Source: Bacilli bacterium (lineage in GTDB: Bacteria > Bacillota_I > Bacilli_A > RFN20 > CAG-288). Taken from it: a DNA stretch of 41,041 bases. Below, piece after piece: positions 1-8,006 of this stretch; within the stretch, counting starts at the first letter, position 1, and the number at the start of each line of letters is the position of its first letter. Made by a program: the position numbers and the translations under genes. The notes under the pieces are model-generated. The model ran no database searches, had not been told where the DNA came from, and saw nothing but the letters and a program-made list of their open reading frames with translations. The stretch covers positions 1 to 41,041 of the forward strand of contig CAAFJQ010000048.1 in assembly GCA_900763245.1 (NCBI GenBank), given 5' to 3'.

Positions 1-30
1 AGAAGAAAAAAGCAAAAAAATTGATATCCA

Positions 31-58
31 TTGACATGTGTAGGGCGAGGATTATACT
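31..58 (+). promoter_or_regulatory. sigma-70-type promoter of the repeat-protein gene
   Basis: TTGACA at 31-36, a 16-nt spacer and TATACT at 53-58. An SD (aagggagg, 71-78) lies 8 nt before ATG 87. Confidence 0.5.
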
Positions 59-86
59 CAAAGTTAGATAAAGGGAGGATTAAATT

Positions 87-320
87 ATGATGTCTGATGA
101 AGAAATCTTAGTAGCTTATTTTGGTGGCAAGCCGCAATGGAGCGGAAATAAGCTTTATAAGATTGGTGATTTAAGAGTCGAGTACAGCGGCACACGTTTA
201 TACAAAGTAGGCGGTGCAAGAATCGAATATTCTGGAAACAAATTATATCGAATCAACGGGGAAAGAGTCGAATGGGCTGGAAATAAAGTTTACAGAATCG
301 GTTCGAGAAGAATGCAATGA
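87..320 (+). CDS. small cytosolic protein made of about 4.5 tandem 15-aa repeats (family not recognised)
   Basis: 77-aa ORF with a strong SD. The repeats are SGNKLYKIGDLRVEY, SGTRLYKVGGARIEY, SGNKLYRINGERVEW and AGNKVYRIGSRRMQ. They are conserved at protein level and diverged at synonymous sites. There is no signal peptide or TM segment. Confidence 0.6.
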   Translation: MMSDEEILVAYFGGKPQWSGNKLYKIGDLRVEYSGTRLYKVGGARIEYSGNKLYRINGERVEWAGNKVYRIGSRRMQ

Positions 321-449
321 TTCAAATTATTGAAAAGCGATAAAAATATTACAAGATAGTTTACAAGTTTTTATTAGCATTGTATTTAACAGCTAACATT
401 TTCGACAACATATATTAAATTACTAAGCGCAAAATATCGGTGGTTTAAA

Positions 450-1301
450 ATGGAATTAAAACTAAATTCAATACTCAATCTATCAGAAGATGAGATTAAA
501 AACAGCAAAATCGAATTAAATATCTCTAACGGAAAAAGCGGGGAATCATATATTGATGTATGGTTAGGATTAAGCGAAGAAGAAAAGTCAAGCGGCAAGA
601 ATAAAATCTCTTACTGGCCATGGTATGGCAAATCCCAAAATTTCTACAAAGGTCAGTTAGTATTCAGCTTTATCAAAAAATCGTATAACGAATGGTTGTT
701 TATTTCAGCTGGAAAAGTATTATCCATTCCCGAAAACGACCGCGCGGAAGTGGAAATCTTAGAAAAGTATAAGCCTCTATTTGGAAGGCTCATCATCAAT
801 TATTACAAAGGAAATACCATGGGAAGATATACTTTCAGACTATCTCATTTGAACAATGAAGAAACTGTAAAAGAAATTTTGCCATGTATATACAGTGGAG
901 AATCTTTTAACGGATATGATAACGTCTACCTGCCATATAAAAAGTTAAAAGATGTTTTCGACGGTAAGATAATGCCAACATATGCTGAGGCACTGAAGAA
1001 AGTTACTGGTGTTTACTGTTTGACTGACACGAATAACGGAAAACTTTATATCGGGTCTGCAACAGGAACTGAAGGTGTTGCTCAAAGGTGGGGGAATTAT
1101 CTTTCTTCAAAACATGGCGGAAATGTAAAATTAAGAAAGCTCTATGACGAAAAAGGTGACGAATATTTTGAAAAGTATTTCACCTACACCTTGTTAGAAT
1201 ACTTTGGCTTGTCCTATGATCCCGACAGAATCAAAGAACGAGAAAAATATTGGAAAATATGCTTTGACACAATCAAAAATGGATACAACGATAATTGGTA
1301 A
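450..1301 (+). CDS. GIY-YIG nuclease family protein with an unassigned ~186-aa N-terminal domain
   Basis: The C-terminal part reads GVYCLTD..GKLYIGSATG..VAQRWGNY...REKYWK...GYN, matching the GIY-YIG, Arg, Glu and Asn motifs. I do not recognise the N-terminal domain (aa 1-186). Confidence 0.85.
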   Translation: MELKLNSILNLSEDEIKNSKIELNISNGKSGESYIDVWLGLSEEEKSSGKNKISYWPWYGKSQNFYKGQLVFSFIKKSYNEWLFISAGKVLSIPENDRAEVEILEKYKPLFGRLIINYYKGNTMGRYTFRLSHLNNEETVKEILPCIYSGESFNGYDNVYLPYKKLKDVFDGKIMPTYAEALKKVTGVYCLTDTNNGKLYIGSATGTEGVAQRWGNYLSSKHGGNVKLRKLYDEKGDEYFEKYFTYTLLEYFGLSYDPDRIKEREKYWKICFDTIKNGYNDNW

Positions 1302-1351
1302 GAAAAACTCAAGAAAAGTTCTCACTTTGACACTTTAGAGATAATTTAATC

Positions 1352-1392
1352 GGCTGAATAGCCTTTAGTTAGGGCTTTTCAGCCAATTTTTC
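1352..1392 (+). terminator. rho-independent terminator candidate after the GIY-YIG gene
   Basis: GGCTGAA (1352-1358) pairs with TTCAGCC (1378-1384), with an inner AGCC/GGCT pairing. It is followed by aatttttcaattt. Confidence 0.45.
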
Positions 1393-1760
1393 AATTTATA
1401 CGATATGTGTTATATTTTCGCTTTCTTCTTTCTCATCACCTGTCTTGTTCAATTTTTAGCTCACAGCCATCAAGAATTGTCATTTTTATTATGATGTTAT
1501 CATTGATCTCTTCAATATAATCGATTGGACAAATGAGAGCGAGCAATTCAGCAACTTTTCTACAATATACAGAAAACTTGAGCCAGATTTAGCATCTGAA
1601 CTTTTCAGAGCTTACGCAAAGAAATACAAGAATAAGTCGATCAAATAGCTTTCTTTTCACTAAAGCACCCATTATCTAGGCATGTTCTAGTAGCAATTAA
1701 GATAATCAGTCCATCCATGCTATAATTTTGTCACCAACACACATCAAGAGAGGACAGAAC

Positions 1761-2795
1761 ATGAAAGCATACACCTATGTAGAAAAAGGAAAATTCAAAC
1801 TGATCGACAAACCAAAACCAACACTTCTAGAACCTACAGATGCCATCGTCAAAATAACACTAGGAAGCATCTGCACCAGTGACTTACATATCAAACATGG
1901 AAGCGTGCCCCGCGCCGTTGTCGGCGTTACAATCGGCCATGAAATGGTCGGCATTGTAGAAGAAGTCGGAAAAGAAGTCACCAAAGTAAAAAAAGGTGAC
2001 AGAGTCACAGTCAATGTCGAAACCTTTTGTGGTGAATGCTATTTCTGCAAACATGGCTATGTCAACAACTGCACTGATGAAAACGGAGGTTGGGCATTAG
2101 GTTGCAGAATCGATGGCGGACAAGCTGAATACGTAAGAGTCCCTCTTGCCAATCAGGGATTGAACAAAATACCAGATAATGTAACAGACAGAAAAGCATT
2201 GTTTGTCGGTGATATTTTGGCAACTGGATATTGGGCCATCCGCATTTCAGAAATCAAAGAGGATGATACCGTTCTGATCATCGGTGCAGGGCCTACCGGC
2301 ATCTGCACATTGATCTGTGCTTTGCTGAAAAAGCCAAAGAGAATTATCGTCTGTGAAAAAGATGAAAACAGAATCGATTTCATCAAGAAACACTATCCTG
2401 GGGTTTTGACTGTCAAACCGGAAGACTGCCTCTCCTTTGTCAAAGCAAACAGCGATCATCATGGTGCTGATGTTGTTTTGGAAGTGGCAGGAAGCGATGA
2501 TACATTCGCTCTTGCATGGAAAGCAGCAAGACCGAATGCCATCGTCACTGTCGTCGCCTTATACAACAATGCACAGACGCTTCCGCTTCCTGATATGTAT
2601 GGTAAGAACCTGACTTTCAAGTTCGGAGGTGTCGATGGCTGTGACTGCGATGAGACATTGAAGCTCATCTCAGAAGGGAAGATCAATACTGAAGATCTGA
2701 TCACTCATACTTATCCTTTGGATAAGATCGATGATGCCTATGACTTATTTGAAAACAAGAGGGATGGTGTCATCAAAGTAGCTATCGAGTGCTGA
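1761..2795 (+). CDS. zinc-dependent alcohol dehydrogenase (MDR family)
   Basis: GHEMVGIVEEVG motif, a structural-zinc Cys cluster (CGECYFCKHGYVNNC) and a GAGPTG Rossmann motif. I chose ATG 1761 because the SD agagagga precedes it. The track start at 1728 is a TTG lying just after a TATAAT (1721-1726). Confidence 0.9.
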   Translation: MKAYTYVEKGKFKLIDKPKPTLLEPTDAIVKITLGSICTSDLHIKHGSVPRAVVGVTIGHEMVGIVEEVGKEVTKVKKGDRVTVNVETFCGECYFCKHGYVNNCTDENGGWALGCRIDGGQAEYVRVPLANQGLNKIPDNVTDRKALFVGDILATGYWAIRISEIKEDDTVLIIGAGPTGICTLICALLKKPKRIIVCEKDENRIDFIKKHYPGVLTVKPEDCLSFVKANSDHHGADVVLEVAGSDDTFALAWKAARPNAIVTVVALYNNAQTLPLPDMYGKNLTFKFGGVDGCDCDETLKLISEGKINTEDLITHTYPLDKIDDAYDLFENKRDGVIKVAIEC

Positions 2796-2811
2796 TTGTA
2801 AAGGAGCAAGA

Positions 2812-3687
2812 ATGAAAACAGAAAACGAATATCTTTCTCTGGAAGTCAATGAAAACGGAGGATGCCTTAAATCCATCTACGACAAGAAAAGAGACAAAGA
2901 ACTGCTCTATCAGCCTGTTGAAGAATCCTGGAAAGGACAGGACATCTTTATCTTTCCTTTTGTCGCAAGACTGAAGGAAGGAAACTATACTGTCGATAAC
3001 AAGGAATACAGAATGAAGAATCACGGGCTTTTACGTTACATGAAAGCCGATATGGTTCTTGAAGACAACAAGGATATCAAAGCAAGTTTTACAAGCGATG
3101 AGAATACACTCTTACAGTACCCTTTCTCCTTCAAAGCATATAGTCTTTATCATCTGAACGGAAACAGAATTGATATCAGCTATCATATCCTCAATACCGA
3201 TGATAGAGATATGCCTTTTGAAGTAGGGGCTCATCCTGCCTTCATGCTTCCAGGGGAAAAGAAAGAAGATGAATTCGATATCTCCGGAAACACGATTCTC
3301 TTTACAAAGAAGATGAAACTAGAAAGAATCCTTCAGGAAGAGACAGCCTCTTTCAATATCAAAGATATCGACTATAAAGAGACAGATCACATCGAATTAT
3401 CTAAGTCTCTCTTCCGCGATATTCCTACACTGATATTGAAAGCAAAGGATATCGATCAAGTCACTTTGAAAAAGAAGGATGGATCTAGAATAATCATCCA
3501 TAAAGGAAAGACTCCTTTCCTTGCATTATGGTCCGATCAGAAATGGGGCAACTATGTCGCCATCGAACCTTGGGATGGACTTCCTGATTATGTTGACTGT
3601 CCAAAAGAAATGAAAGACAAAAAAGAAATCAAGATGCTAAAACCCAATGATGAGTATGTGTTCAGCTATTCCATTGAGATAGACTGA
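2812..3687 (+). CDS. aldose 1-epimerase family (LacX-like mutarotase) protein
   Basis: 291 aa with an aaggag SD, 16 nt downstream of the ADH stop (operon-like). The sequence style (FPFVARL..., HGLLR, EVGAHPAF) fits galactose-mutarotase-like proteins. The family call is from memory only. Confidence 0.65.
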   Translation: MKTENEYLSLEVNENGGCLKSIYDKKRDKELLYQPVEESWKGQDIFIFPFVARLKEGNYTVDNKEYRMKNHGLLRYMKADMVLEDNKDIKASFTSDENTLLQYPFSFKAYSLYHLNGNRIDISYHILNTDDRDMPFEVGAHPAFMLPGEKKEDEFDISGNTILFTKKMKLERILQEETASFNIKDIDYKETDHIELSKSLFRDIPTLILKAKDIDQVTLKKKDGSRIIIHKGKTPFLALWSDQKWGNYVAIEPWDGLPDYVDCPKEMKDKKEIKMLKPNDEYVFSYSIEID

Positions 3688-3723
3688 TACCAAGGCTTAA
3701 TCAGAAGAGGTAAGAATAATAAA

Positions 3724-3855
3724 TTTCAAGGGACTTTTGGTGCAGTTTATAATAAAACTCAGTCGAGTTTTGGTGCAGAACACATCAAAACCGACTTGAA
3801 ATTTGGTGTGGAACTTGATGAAACTGGCTTGAAATTTGGTGCAATCAAAACAATA
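3724..3855. repeat. four degenerate tandem repeats of 33 bp with a TTTGGTG(C/T)(A/G) core
   Basis: The units are 3724-3756, 3757-3789, 3790-3822 and 3823-3855. The core TTTGGTG recurs at 3736, 3769, 3802 and 3835, exactly 33 bp apart. The array lies between convergent gene ends. Confidence 0.85.
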
Positions 3856-3939
3856 TGTAATCAAAGCTGCTCTTTTTGATAACGCAGTAAATAAACGATT
3901 TTTATAACACTAATAGATTAAACAACTTTAGATTGATTT

Positions 3940-5805
3940 TTAGATTTGTATAGCTTTGTCTGATCTGATAATCTCTTTGTTTTTGATTCTGACACTATCA
4001 TCCTTTTTGGAATGATAAATCTTAATAGGATACTGTTTGTTAGGTGTGACAAGTTTAAGATTGAACATCTGGTTTTCTGTCTCTATCTTGTAATCAAGAT
4101 AAGAAGGGAAATAGATTCTTAATTGTTCACCATCAATACAGCAGCTGAATTTCGTATCCTGAAATAACATATCATCTTTGAATCCAGCCAAGATTCTTCC
4201 GAACCTATCCTTGATTTCGATCTTGACATTTTCAGTCTCTTTCAAATCAGCAGTGAGATAGAACATATCACCTGTTGCATCATAAGTAAAAGGCATCGCT
4301 GTATAGTTAGGATCCTGAGCCATCAAATGAGAAAGACATAATTCAGGATAATGGGCAGAACCTAATGCTTTGATGTTCTTCAGATCAAACAGGGTAAGAA
4401 GATAATCAGGATGTGCTTTGCAGGTTTTAAGAATCGCATTCAAAAGAGCAGTCAATGATTTCTTTAAATCCACAATATTGATTTCAACCTGAAGTTGAGA
4501 CAAGGATTTCTGAAGAACGGAGAAAAGCTCATTGAGTCCGCTTTCTGTATCATAGATGAGATCATTCAGAAGCTGATCATGACGGACATCAGAAAGAAGA
4601 TTCGTCAGCAAAGTCATTCCTAAAGTCGTCATGGAAGAGCTCAATGATCCGCTTTTATACAATGCTTCCATTGTATCTCTCAGTCCACTTTGAATGTTTG
4701 TCACATAATTGTTCAGATCATTGACACCGATCAATGAGAAATCAGAGATAAAATCAGAAAGGAACAAACCAGGTGTCCAGTTGATCTTTGACTCATCACG
4801 TATTGTCTCAATGCTAGAGGATTCTGCAGGATTGAACTCAGAGATGACATAATCGCCAAGCTCTGGGTAATCCTCTATATCCTTATAGAAATCCAGCACC
4901 TTTTCAATATGGCTTTGATAATTATGATCTCTGATGCTATCAGGAAGATAATGATCGACACCGTATCTTGTAAAAGAGAAAGCGGACATCGCCACTTTCG
5001 TCACCATGTCATTGTCATTGATGATGTTATGGATATTGGAATACATTTCATCTCTTGGCGATATTTTCTCTGTGTAACTGGCACCTTGGGGAGTTTCAAA
5101 GCAATAGGAGAACAAATCCTCTTTCTCGATACTGACAAGACCAGAGAAAAGACTTCCATCCTCTTTCATCATCTGGTCAATCCTTCCAGCAGCGATATTG
5201 TTTGTCGCTGCCGCTCTTGAATAACCGACTGACCAAAGTTTGATTGAGCCTTTGATGTTGTATTTTGTAAGATACTCTTTTAGACTATCCAAAAAGATTG
5301 TCGAAGCCTCATAGAATCCTTGAGCCTGTTTAATGTCTTTTCCGTCACCTATCGTGATATTGCTCGCCCATTCTCTTTCATAGCTCGCTCCTCGTATACC
5401 ACAGGCGACCATGGTTTTGCCATCGATCATCTTATTTCCGAAGATGACACCTAAAGAATCAGTAGTCGGCTTTTCTTTGTAATATTGATTGACATCAATA
5501 TCCTGAAAGCCGGACTTTAGAAGAAAGTCCTGCCCATTTTTGTATCTGAATTCATAACTGTTGTCAGGCCCGTTCTCATTGGATGGGAAACTTGCCATTG
5601 CAAAAGCCAAAGAACAGGTTGATAAAGAAGGATTGTATTCTGTTGAATCACCTAGAAAATAATCATCCTGATAATAGAACCTTGCCTTATAGTCTTTATC
5701 GCTCCATCCAGGAAAAGAAAAAGCATTCTCCTTGTCTTTAAAACAGGAAGAAACAGAAGGGAGAAGTGATAACAAAGCAATAAGAGACAGGCATGTTTTC
5801 TTCAT
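3940..5805 (-). CDS. lipoprotein, possibly an alpha/beta-hydrolase (lipase-like)
   Basis: The signal peptide has a lipobox (LLPSVSS-C). A G-Y-S-R-A nucleophile-elbow-like motif (VGYSRAAATNN) is present. The hydrolase assignment is weak. Confidence 0.7.
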   Translation of the reverse strand: MKKTCLSLIALLSLLPSVSSCFKDKENAFSFPGWSDKDYKARFYYQDDYFLGDSTEYNPSLSTCSLAFAMASFPSNENGPDNSYEFRYKNGQDFLLKSGFQDIDVNQYYKEKPTTDSLGVIFGNKMIDGKTMVACGIRGASYEREWASNITIGDGKDIKQAQGFYEASTIFLDSLKEYLTKYNIKGSIKLWSVGYSRAAATNNIAAGRIDQMMKEDGSLFSGLVSIEKEDLFSYCFETPQGASYTEKISPRDEMYSNIHNIINDNDMVTKVAMSAFSFTRYGVDHYLPDSIRDHNYQSHIEKVLDFYKDIEDYPELGDYVISEFNPAESSSIETIRDESKINWTPGLFLSDFISDFSLIGVNDLNNYVTNIQSGLRDTMEALYKSGSLSSSMTTLGMTLLTNLLSDVRHDQLLNDLIYDTESGLNELFSVLQKSLSQLQVEINIVDLKKSLTALLNAILKTCKAHPDYLLTLFDLKNIKALGSAHYPELCLSHLMAQDPNYTAMPFTYDATGDMFYLTADLKETENVKIEIKDRFGRILAGFKDDMLFQDTKFSCCIDGEQLRIYFPSYLDYKIETENQMFNLKLVTPNKQYPIKIYHSKKDDSVRIKNKEIIRSDKAIQI

Positions 5806-5855
5806 ACATTTATATTCTACAAAAACGATAGAAGTAATGAAAGTGACTTACTAAG

Positions 5856-5864
5856 TGTTATAAT
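5856..5864 (+). promoter_or_regulatory. extended -10 element (TGtTATAAT) 7 nt upstream of ATG 5872
   Basis: TGT at 5856-5858 and TATAAT at 5859-5864. Only tttctcg separates it from the ATG and there is no SD, which suggests a leaderless transcript. Confidence 0.4.
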
Positions 5865-5871
5865 TTTCTCG

Positions 5872-7932
5872 ATGGAAGACACAATATCTTATAACCTCTT
5901 TCTGTATCAGAAGCGAGAAGAACTAGCTATGAGTAAAAAGCAGGCCGCCAAAGAAATCGGTCTTTCCTTTTTGCGTTATGTCTTACTGGAAGGAGGATAT
6001 ATCAAACCATCTAAAAGAGATATTCTGAATATCTCCTACTATTATGGAATCGATTACTCTGAATATGTAAAAGGCATACACTCCTATCCGGAAGTCATCA
6101 AAGCAAAAGAGTCGAAAATGAACGGCTTCATCTATAAGACCTGTTCTTCTAAGATACTGAGAATCATCTTATTATGTCTTTCCTTTCTCTCTTTGGCGTT
6201 TAGCCTATCAGGCTACATATTAGGAGAAAAAAACAAGAGTGATGTCCTCTCTTTCTATTCCTCCGATTTCAATTCCTTCTATACTGCAATGCAGGAAAAA
6301 GGAGACGTCACCTATTCTGTCGCAAGCGCATTCAAAAGGCCGACCATCTATAAAGCGACAGGTGATAAGTTTGTCTCGATCATCACCTCCTATGACAAAC
6401 TCAACGTTCAGGATTTTGATTGCTATGTCAATTACAGAGATGATAAAGCAAAGCTGAATTATACAGTCAAGCCTATGACTTTTGATAAGAAAGGGACTAT
6501 CGATGTCTCCTATTTTGCCTTTGATGGCTCTTTCTCCTATAAGTCATTTTTCAGCTATGACGAAGAGAAGAAAGCATTCGAACTCGGATATATTCTAAGC
6601 GAGACATCCAATACGATGACAGAAGAGGAAACAACGAATATTACAAAAACATTTTCAAGTCATATCGATGAGATACTTCCTTCTCTTTCTTCCATTATCA
6701 ATCAGAAGTTAGGAATCAGGCTTGATATGTTCTCTTTCCTCAAAGAATTCTCTGAAAGCTCAAAAAACTACAACGACAGATACTACGCATTCATGCTGAC
6801 AACGATCATTGCAGGCATGAATTTCTCCTTCTATGCTTTTCTTACCTGTATGGTCTTCATCTACGGAAAACATCGAAAAGACTGCAGGCTTGAGCTTGTA
6901 AACAGCGTCGAACATCCTATCTATATTCCAAAACAGAAGCATGAATACAGAAGCCTGAAACCAGACTGGCATTTCTCTCCGTTCCTTCCTGAAACACTGT
7001 TTGAAATCGCAGGCATCGTATTGACCTTCTTTGGTTCGCTGAAGATCTTCTACTATATCAGCGTTCTCCTTTCGGCTGGAGATGGTATCGGAAGCAACTT
7101 CCAGTCATTCAGCAATTTCCTTTCCGCCATCTTCACTATCGGCCTATTTTTATTGTACTTCATCGACTTTGATCTTTTCCTTAACCCCAAAAAAGGACTG
7201 AGAAATGCATGCTTCAACTTCTTCCTCTTTTTATCCATCTCATTTTTCATCGGCTATACGCTGACACTCATCAGTGAATCCAACAACATCCTCTTTGAAA
7301 AACTCACTCAATATCCGATACCGAACAACTTCGGAACAATATCGATGTACTTTCTTCTCATCATCTTCCTTTTCATGACACCCAAATGGGTGAACACGAA
7401 AAAGAAGCTCATCTTCTATCGTCTTCTTTCTCTTCTTCCTATCGGCATTATCTTTACCACTACACTCATCTATTACGAATACAGAAACTGGGGATGGGAA
7501 TTAAACTATTTCCAGCGCTATCTTTTTTCAACTGAAAGACCGCAGTTCTCCTTCCTCTGTGTCAGTTATTTGCTTTTGCTCTATTTCATAAAGCTCTTCT
7601 ATCAGCATAGATACGGAGAAGAAAATGCAAAGAGATTCTTCCTCTCCAACCGTTTCTACTTCTTAAAGAACATCCTAGTCACTTCTCTCATCCTCATCAT
7701 CGCTGCATTTGAACTATCGATGAAGCATCTCGATCCTGGAAACCTGAAAGGCCTTGGCCAATACTGGCAGGTCATCTTCCTTGTTCCTTTCCTTCCCTTC
7801 TATCATCCGCATGTCGGAGAGAAGAAAACAAACTTCGACTGGGGGATCAAAGGGCTTTATGTCTTCTTCTTCGGCTTTGCCTATATCCTCATTGGCATCA
7901 TTCTTTTTGGTATCATCCTCTCCGTGATCTGA
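5872..7932 (+). CDS. XRE-family HTH domain fused to a large polytopic membrane protein
   Basis: N-terminal LYQKREELAMSKKQAAKEIGLSFLRYVLLEGGYIKPSKRDILNISYYYG is a Cro/C1-type HTH pattern. It is followed by a TM segment, a ~190-aa non-hydrophobic segment and about 10 further hydrophobic segments. Confidence 0.75.
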   Translation: MEDTISYNLFLYQKREELAMSKKQAAKEIGLSFLRYVLLEGGYIKPSKRDILNISYYYGIDYSEYVKGIHSYPEVIKAKESKMNGFIYKTCSSKILRIILLCLSFLSLAFSLSGYILGEKNKSDVLSFYSSDFNSFYTAMQEKGDVTYSVASAFKRPTIYKATGDKFVSIITSYDKLNVQDFDCYVNYRDDKAKLNYTVKPMTFDKKGTIDVSYFAFDGSFSYKSFFSYDEEKKAFELGYILSETSNTMTEEETTNITKTFSSHIDEILPSLSSIINQKLGIRLDMFSFLKEFSESSKNYNDRYYAFMLTTIIAGMNFSFYAFLTCMVFIYGKHRKDCRLELVNSVEHPIYIPKQKHEYRSLKPDWHFSPFLPETLFEIAGIVLTFFGSLKIFYYISVLLSAGDGIGSNFQSFSNFLSAIFTIGLFLLYFIDFDLFLNPKKGLRNACFNFFLFLSISFFIGYTLTLISESNNILFEKLTQYPIPNNFGTISMYFLLIIFLFMTPKWVNTKKKLIFYRLLSLLPIGIIFTTTLIYYEYRNWGWELNYFQRYLFSTERPQFSFLCVSYLLLLYFIKLFYQHRYGEENAKRFFLSNRFYFLKNILVTSLILIIAAFELSMKHLDPGNLKGLGQYWQVIFLVPFLPFYHPHVGEKKTNFDWGIKGLYVFFFGFAYILIGIILFGIILSVI

Positions 7933-8006
7933 GTTTCATCCATTCGGTTTGATTTTAAAGCAAGATACATTATCATATTCATGCCTATAGCATTCGGAGG
8001 TCTTTT

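Noticed and set aside
296-310. tRNA T-loop-like GGTTCGAGA.
   Set aside because: It lies inside the repeat-protein CDS with no surrounding cloverleaf complementarity. I saw no tRNA-like structure anywhere else in the window.
1728-1760. N-terminal extensions offered by the ORF track at 1728, 10354, 19897, 20953, 31731, 34304 and 35898.
   Set aside because: In each case an internal ATG is preceded by a good SD at proper spacing and gives a canonical protein N-terminus. Examples are MKAYTY for the ADH, MKNIK..TGESSG for the SDR and signal peptides for the lipoproteins. The upstream starts lack an SD or overlap promoters and terminators.
3685-3687. TGA reassigned to Trp (genetic code 4) as an explanation for the open frame after the epimerase stop.
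   Set aside because: TGA clearly terminates many well-defined genes here (ADH 2793-2795, the helicase, GNAT, feoA, feoB). Trp is encoded by TGG throughout, so the standard bacterial code applies.
3724-3855. Could the 33-bp repeats be a CRISPR array?
   Set aside because: The units are directly abutting degenerate tandem copies with no unique spacers. They are not palindromic and no cas genes are in the window.
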